Source of the DNA: Candidatus Nanohalarchaeota archaeon
GTDB taxonomy: Archaea > Nanohalarchaeota > Nanosalinia > Nanosalinales > JAFCCC01
Direction of reading: 5' to 3'
NCBI GenBank assembly: GCA_017610385.1
Contig: JAFCCC010000002.1
Span: 112,424-176,423, forward strand
DNA: 64,000 nucleotides
Shown: positions 58,562 to 64,000 of the stretch, in pieces
How positions within the stretch are numbered: position 1 is the stretch's first letter
Layout of the letters: each line of letters starts with the position of its first letter
Notes under the pieces: model-generated
The model's input: the letters and a program-made list of their open reading frames with translations, nothing else
Told to the model about the DNA's origin: nothing
The model's database searches: none
Made by a program: the position numbers and the translations under genes

Positions 58562-59410
58562 ATGTTTAAATGGTATGGTTTTTTAGGTTCAATATTGGTT
58601 CTCTTCGCAGAATTAAATTTCTTTTTAAGGATCCAGCCTTTTGCTAACTGGTATTTTCCGATCATTTGGTTTGGATATATTTTACTAGTTGACGCAGCAG
58701 TTTACAAGATAAAAGGAAAATCAATGATATGCGGAAATCTCAAAAAATTTGTTTTAATTGTTTCTATTTCTGCTTTAATATGGGTCCTATTTGAGATGTT
58801 CAATCTTTTCATAGAAAATTGGGTCTATGTTGGAGTGGGTGGTTTTGGTTCTGAATTTACAAAAATGCTATTTGGTCTCCTTTCTTTCGCAACAGTTCTT
58901 CCGGGGGTTTTTGAAACTGCAGAACTTCTAGGTTCTTTTAAATTATTCCATAAAGTTAAACTCAAAGAAAGTCACAAAATAACTCATAAATTCTTATATA
59001 TTATGATTGGTCTTGGTTTTGTGTCTCTTATTGCTCCAATACTTTGGCCGAAATACACTTTTGCGTTAGTTTGGGTAAATTTATTTTTCATATTGGATCC
59101 AATAAATTATTTACATAACCAGCCATCAATTATCAAACATTTGAAAGATAGAAAATTACAAATTCCTTTAATTCTTCTGCTCGCGGGATTGGTCTGTGGT
59201 TTCTTATGGGAATTTTGGAATTTTTGGGCGATTCCTAAATGGAATTATACTGTTCCTTTCGTAGGATTCTTAAAAATCTTTGAAATGCCTGTCTTGGGAT
59301 ACATTGGATTCGCATTCCTTGCCTGGGAACTTTATGCAATATATCATTTCATTGGAACTCTTTTTAATAAGGACAAAACAGTCAAAAAATTTCTATTGAA
59401 GACTTATTAG
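58562..59410 (+). CDS. Conserved hypothetical integral membrane protein
   Basis: Repeated W..FE..N....NW.Y and WEFWN.WA..KW.Y...FEMP.LGY motifs; multiple TM helices. Confidence 0.8.
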   Translation: MFKWYGFLGSILVLFAELNFFLRIQPFANWYFPIIWFGYILLVDAAVYKIKGKSMICGNLKKFVLIVSISALIWVLFEMFNLFIENWVYVGVGGFGSEFTKMLFGLLSFATVLPGVFETAELLGSFKLFHKVKLKESHKITHKFLYIMIGLGFVSLIAPILWPKYTFALVWVNLFFILDPINYLHNQPSIIKHLKDRKLQIPLILLLAGLVCGFLWEFWNFWAIPKWNYTVPFVGFLKIFEMPVLGYIGFAFLAWELYAIYHFIGTLFNKDKTVKKFLLKTY

Positions 59411-59505
59411 GATTAAGTAAGATTTTTTAAATATGAAGGCAGAGGTTTCTTCGATAGGCTTATAAAGTTTACACTAAATAAATGAGATTATAAGGTGAAT
59501 ACACT

Positions 59506-60789
59506 ATGGCAACAAAACCACATATGAATTTGGTCGTTATCGGTCATGTAGACCACGGAAAATCAACTATGGTCGGAAGACTTCTTTATGATACGGGAAG
59601 TATTGATGAAGCACAAATGAGGAAGTTAAAAGCGGCCGCAAAAGAAGTAGGAAAGGATACTTTCGAATTCGCTTTTGCATTGGACGCTACAAAAGAAGAG
59701 CGAAAAAGAGGTGTTACAATAGACCTAGCACACAAAAGATTTGACACTAAGAAGTATTACTTTACTGTTATTGATGCCCCAGGACATCGTGATTTTGTCA
59801 AAAATATGATTACAGGAGCATCTCAAGCAGACGCAGCAATTTTAACAATGGATGTCAGTGAAGGAGTACAACCACAAACAAGAGAACATGCATATTTGTC
59901 TAAAACATTAGGTATTAACCAAGTCATTGCAGCAATTAACAAAATGGACAAGGTAAAATACGATGAGGCAAAATACAATGCAGCAAAAGCGGAAATGGAA
60001 AAACTCTTGAAAGGGGTTGGATTCAAAGATGTGACATTTATTCCTACATCAGGTTATATGGGAGATAACATTGCTAAAAAAAGTACAAATATGCCATGGT
60101 ACTCTGGTCCAACTATTGTTGAGGCTTTGGATAATTTCAAATTGCCAGAACAACCTATTGACTTTGATTTAAGGCTTCCTGTTCAGGATGTTTATAAGAT
60201 CAAGGGAGTTGGAACTGTTCCAGTAGGACGGGTGGAAACTGGTAAATTAAAAAAAGGAGATGTTATTATCTTCGAACCGGCATCTACGAGGATGAATAAA
60301 CCTATTAAAGGAGAAATAAAATCTTTGGAAATGCATCACGAAGAGATTTCAGAAGCATTGCCAGGAGATAATATTGGTTTTAATATCCGAGGTATCACTG
60401 CAACAGACATTAAAAGAGGAGACGTAGCAACCATTGCAGGTAAACCATTAACTGTTGCAGAGGAATTTACAGCTCAAATTATTGTTTTGAGTCATCCAAA
60501 TGTAATTACAGTTGGATATACTCCGGTATTCCATGTTAATACGGCACAAGTTGCTTGTACCTTCACAGAATTGGTAAAAACACTGGATCCAAGAACCGGC
60601 GCAGTAAAGAAAGAAAAACCAGACTTTATCAAGCAAGGTGAAGCAGCTATTGTAAAGCTAAAGCCAACTAAGCCAATGGTTATTGAACCAAACAGCAAAT
60701 TCCCACAATTATCTAGATTTGCTATTAGAGATATGGGAATGACAATTGGAGCAGGCATGTGCATAGATGTAGTACCAGCAAAGAAATAA
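59506..60789 (+). CDS. tuf: Elongation factor 1-alpha
   Basis: [41 protein letters not shown]. Confidence 0.98.
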   Translation: MATKPHMNLVVIGHVDHGKSTMVGRLLYDTGSIDEAQMRKLKAAAKEVGKDTFEFAFALDATKEERKRGVTIDLAHKRFDTKKYYFTVIDAPGHRDFVKNMITGASQADAAILTMDVSEGVQPQTREHAYLSKTLGINQVIAAINKMDKVKYDEAKYNAAKAEMEKLLKGVGFKDVTFIPTSGYMGDNIAKKSTNMPWYSGPTIVEALDNFKLPEQPIDFDLRLPVQDVYKIKGVGTVPVGRVETGKLKKGDVIIFEPASTRMNKPIKGEIKSLEMHHEEISEALPGDNIGFNIRGITATDIKRGDVATIAGKPLTVAEEFTAQIIVLSHPNVITVGYTPVFHVNTAQVACTFTELVKTLDPRTGAVKKEKPDFIKQGEAAIVKLKPTKPMVIEPNSKFPQLSRFAIRDMGMTIGAGMCIDVVPAKK

Positions 60790-60848
60790 TTCAATTCTTT
60801 GCTCCATTTTCTTTTATTTTCTATTTATCTGTTTACTTAGATTTAAAA

Positions 60849-61361
60849 TTAGTTCTCGGCGCAAATATATGTTAGTTCATGTAATCTATCAAGATTAATT
60901 TCAATTGTTCTAACTGTGCGCTCGCAAATTGTGATTTCATTAATTGTTCTTGTTTTTTTCTTGTAAAGCTCTTCTAAAAATAAAATAAGTTCGAGTAATA
61001 GAGCCTCTCTTAATTTTACTTCTTGATCGGCAACCAAGAGCTCCTCACGAGATTGGACTTCAAGAAGCATAAAGGCGTTTGATAGGCTCATTGTAATACC
61101 ATTAAGTGCTTTTAAACCATTTTTTAAAAGGAGTTTTCGGCCTTCTGCTATAAGAAACTCAGGGTTAGTTGTATGCCAATTTAATTTTTTAGAGAAATTA
61201 TATGTTCCACCATCTTTGGTTGGAATAAACCCTTTGACTCTTTTTCTAGCATATATTCTTGCCTTTCTTGAAAATTTCTGAGATTTTAAATTGAGAATTA
61301 TTGGATTTTGTAAAAACGAGTGAAATTTCATTTCAGGTTCTTTGTAATCACTTATTCTCAT
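60849..61361 (-). CDS. Hypothetical protein
   Basis: 170-aa ORF with a TATA-like element upstream. Confidence 0.6.
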   Translation of the reverse strand: MRISDYKEPEMKFHSFLQNPIILNLKSQKFSRKARIYARKRVKGFIPTKDGGTYNFSKKLNWHTTNPEFLIAEGRKLLLKNGLKALNGITMSLSNAFMLLEVQSREELLVADQEVKLREALLLELILFLEELYKKKTRTINEITICERTVRTIEINLDRLHELTYICAEN

Positions 61362-61576
61362 AACATATGATTGAATTTTGATTTAAATAACTTTTTTAGA
61401 AAAAATGGGAAGGGGGAGGAAAACTCTTAGTAAAATAAGAGTTCCCCTCATAGTAGTGTTACTACTATTTACGATATTATACTCAATAAATATATAAATC
61501 TTTCGTTCAAGTTGTACCGGTCGAATAGTAAAACTAAAAAGATAGCCTTTTATGTATTCGAATAATAGTTAAGCTT

Positions 61577-62788
61577 ATGAATGTAGAAAAATTAAGACGG
61601 GATTTTCCAATCTTTGAAAGAAAAATTAGGGGTCAGAATATTGTTTATTTGGATAGTGCCTGCATGACTTTACGACCAAATTGCGTTATTGATAAAATCA
61701 AAGAATATTATGAAAAATATCCTGCTTGTGCGGGTCGATCTTCTCATGTTTTAGCAAACGAGGTTACTGAGAAATACAATAATTCTAGGAGAACTTTAAG
61801 TAAATTTATCGGTGCTAAGACACCAGAAGAAATTATTTTCACTAAAAACACAACAGAAGGAATTAATTTAATCAAAAATTCATTGAATTTTGAAAAAGGA
61901 GATGTTGTTTTAACAACAGACAAAGAACATAATTCAAATTTAATTCCGTGGCAAATTCTAAGAGAGAAGGGGGTTACTCATAAAATTGTTCAGTCTAATG
62001 AAGATTTAACATTTAATTTGGAAAATTATGAAAAGAAATTGAAGGAAGGCAATGTCAAACTGGTTTCTATGGTTCATACATCAAATTTAGATGGAGTAAC
62101 TAATCCTGCTAGAGAAATAGTAAATATAGCACACGATTTTGGAGCTTTAGTTTTATTAGATGGGGCACAATCAATTCCAAGCTTAGAATTTAATGTTAAA
62201 AAGATGGATGTGGATTTTTTGGCTTTTTCAGGTCATAAACTGTGTGGACCAAGCGGAACAGGTGTGTTATATGGAAAAAAAGAATTATTAGAAAAATTAA
62301 ATCCTTTTTTAGTTGGTGGAGATACTGTTGCTCAAAGCACTTATGAAGATCATGAATTCTTACCTATTCCTGAAAAATTTGAAGCTGGGTTGCAAAACTA
62401 TGCAGGAATAATTGCATTGGGCGAAGCAACAAATTATCTATTACGAATCGGCAAAAATAAAATAGAGAAGCATGAAACTAATTTGAATAGCTTTATTACA
62501 GAGAAATTAAATGAATTTGATTCTATTGAACTTATTGGTCCTTCAGATCCAAAATTACGTGGGAGTATATTTTCATTTAATGTTAAAGGAATGAATGCGC
62601 ATGACGTTGCATTAATGTTAAGTAATTTAAGGAATGTGTGTGTGCGATCAGGTCAACATTGTGTTCACTCATGGTTTAATGCACATAAATTAGAAGGCTC
62701 TGTAAGAGCCTCATTTTATTTATACAATACTTTGGAAGATATTCAAATATTTATAGAAACTTTAAAAAGAGTTCTTGTCTTAAAATAA
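61577..62788 (+). CDS. sufS: Cysteine desulfurase, SufS-like
   Basis: YLDSA, EH.SN..PW, DGAQS, FSGHK..GP.G.G, RSGQHC, RASFY.YN. Confidence 0.92.
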   Translation: MNVEKLRRDFPIFERKIRGQNIVYLDSACMTLRPNCVIDKIKEYYEKYPACAGRSSHVLANEVTEKYNNSRRTLSKFIGAKTPEEIIFTKNTTEGINLIKNSLNFEKGDVVLTTDKEHNSNLIPWQILREKGVTHKIVQSNEDLTFNLENYEKKLKEGNVKLVSMVHTSNLDGVTNPAREIVNIAHDFGALVLLDGAQSIPSLEFNVKKMDVDFLAFSGHKLCGPSGTGVLYGKKELLEKLNPFLVGGDTVAQSTYEDHEFLPIPEKFEAGLQNYAGIIALGEATNYLLRIGKNKIEKHETNLNSFITEKLNEFDSIELIGPSDPKLRGSIFSFNVKGMNAHDVALMLSNLRNVCVRSGQHCVHSWFNAHKLEGSVRASFYLYNTLEDIQIFIETLKRVLVLK

Positions 62789-62789
62789 A

Positions 62790-63272
62790 GTGATTCAAAT
62801 GGTTATATGCATTATAGCACTGGTTGTTTGTGGAATTTTAGGAATCTTTTCTGTGAAATATCGCGCTATTGCAAAAGAATCTTTTAAATGTACTTTCAGA
62901 TTGATAACTTTTCGTCCATGTAATACAAATCTAGATCAAAGAATTAAAGCAAATATCACTTCTAAACTATTAAAAAGAACTCCAAAACTTGCAAAATTGG
63001 TTTATAGGTATTTTACATTACTTTCGGTTGTATTTGTAGTGATTTTCTTTGCAAGTATGGGCTATGGTGCGTATGCACTTTATAATTTAGGAGTACATGG
63101 AACGTGTAACTTGAAAAATCCAGATGAATGTATTTTTGATCCAAATGCCGGAGAAGAACAATCATGCAATTTAGGTGTAACTCACAATTTTATACCAAAT
63201 ATATTATCAAGAAATAAAATTTCACTTGATTCTGCTTGGAACTTCAGTAAACAATATAAAAGTATCATATAA
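62790..63272 (+). CDS. Hypothetical membrane protein
   Basis: Two TM segments and several Cys residues. Confidence 0.65.
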   Translation: MIQMVICIIALVVCGILGIFSVKYRAIAKESFKCTFRLITFRPCNTNLDQRIKANITSKLLKRTPKLAKLVYRYFTLLSVVFVVIFFASMGYGAYALYNLGVHGTCNLKNPDECIFDPNAGEEQSCNLGVTHNFIPNILSRNKISLDSAWNFSKQYKSII

Positions 63273-63289
63273 TTTAGAAAGAGATTAAA

Positions 63290-63598
63290 ATGCAAAAAGC
63301 TCGCGTTAAATTAACTAGCACAAACTGTGAAAAGATAGAGGGACTATCAAAAGAGATTGTGGGAATTGCTAGAAAGTTTCATGCAGAAGTAGCTGGACCG
63401 ATTCCATTGCCTACAAGAAAGCTAAGAATTACTACAAGAAAAAGTCCTTGTGGAGATGGAAGTTCGACCTGGGAACGGTGGGAAATGAGAGTTCATAAAC
63501 GTATGATCGACATTGGACAAAATGAGCGAGCTTTAAGACAAATTATGCGTGTTCATGTTCCGGAAGGAGTTAATATTGAAGTCGAACTATTACGTTAA
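63290..63598 (+). CDS. rps10: 30S ribosomal protein S10 (uS10)
   Basis: GPIPLPT, RKSPCG.G..TWE.WEMR.HKR.ID. Confidence 0.97.
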   Translation: MQKARVKLTSTNCEKIEGLSKEIVGIARKFHAEVAGPIPLPTRKLRITTRKSPCGDGSSTWERWEMRVHKRMIDIGQNERALRQIMRVHVPEGVNIEVELLR

Positions 63599-63672
63599 AT
63601 AACAGCTATTTCTAATTCAATTGTACAGCAATAAAATTATATTTAAATACCATCAAAAATTCATTTGAAAAT

Positions 63673-63757
63673 GCTGTGATGGCAGAGTGGTCTAATGCGC
63701 CAGCCTGGAAAGCTGGTCTCTGTTACGGAGGCGCAAGTTCGAATCTTGCTCACAGCG
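63673..63757 (+). tRNA. tRNA-Ser(GGA), no intron
   Basis: GCTGTGA/TCACAGC-G acceptor; CCAGC-CTGGAAA-GCTGG anticodon arm; long variable arm; GTTCGAATC. Confidence 0.95.
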
Positions 63758-63773
63758 TAGCCTTTTTGCGCAG

Positions 63774-64000
63774 TGAGCTTTTTAGATAAAAGCTCACGGA
63801 AACTTGTTAAGTTTCCTAAATCGGAAATTAATGCATTTCCAATTCAAGCAAAATAAGCTTTTTAATAAAGGCTTAAGCGAATAAGCTTTTTGCACAAACG
63901 TAAACGTGCAAAAATCTTAAGCAAATAAGCCTTTTAATAAAGGCTTAAGCGAAAATTGAACAGCGAGTTACGAGGGTAACTCACTAAGCCTTTTCAGTTA
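63774..64000 (+). repeat. Mosaic palindromic array (D-B-A-B-C-partial B) just after tRNA-Ser; runs off the window edge
   Basis: Module D 63774-63853 differs by 1 nt from 30441-30520; modules A, B and C as in 28652-28944. Confidence 0.92.

Noticed and set aside
61415-61450. Hairpin GAGGAAAACTCTTA/TAAGAGTTCCCCTC as another copy of element F
   Set aside because: Only about 9 nt are shared with F; it is more simply an isolated intergenic stem-loop.

Overview
This is an AT-rich archaeal chromosomal segment. It has archaeal RNA polymerase subunits, aEF-2 and aEF-1a, TATA-type promoters and BHB tRNA introns; a DPANN-like lineage is plausible but is inference. Housekeeping content: iorAB, grpE-dnaK-dnaJ, a two-subunit group-3-type [NiFe] hydrogenase with a reduced set of maturation genes, a MacB/LolD-type ABC system, lemA-htpX, a P-type ATPase, rpoH-B''-B'-A (A' and A'' fused)-nusA and a fragmented rps12-rps7-fusA-tuf-rps10 cluster. 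There is a stand-alone 5S rRNA and five tRNAs; Tyr, Asp and Lys each carry two introns, with the second at about 59/60, 18/19 and 53/54. The most notable observations are: (1) a class III ribonucleotide reductase with an N-terminal NrdR-type Zn-ribbon/ATP-cone, preceded by two NrdR-box-like sites 31 bp apart, suggesting an enzyme that represses its own transcription; (2) modular palindromic repeats that are shuffled into mosaics and sit mostly in tRNA leaders and trailers; (3) integron attC-like sites flanking cassette-like genes; (4) an EF-2 with a LAGLIDADG intein whose 5' junction and P-loop are missing, plus a 45-nt exact duplication, possibly assembly artefacts; (5) unannotated very basic and very acidic microproteins. 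All calls come from reading the sequence; no database searches were run.
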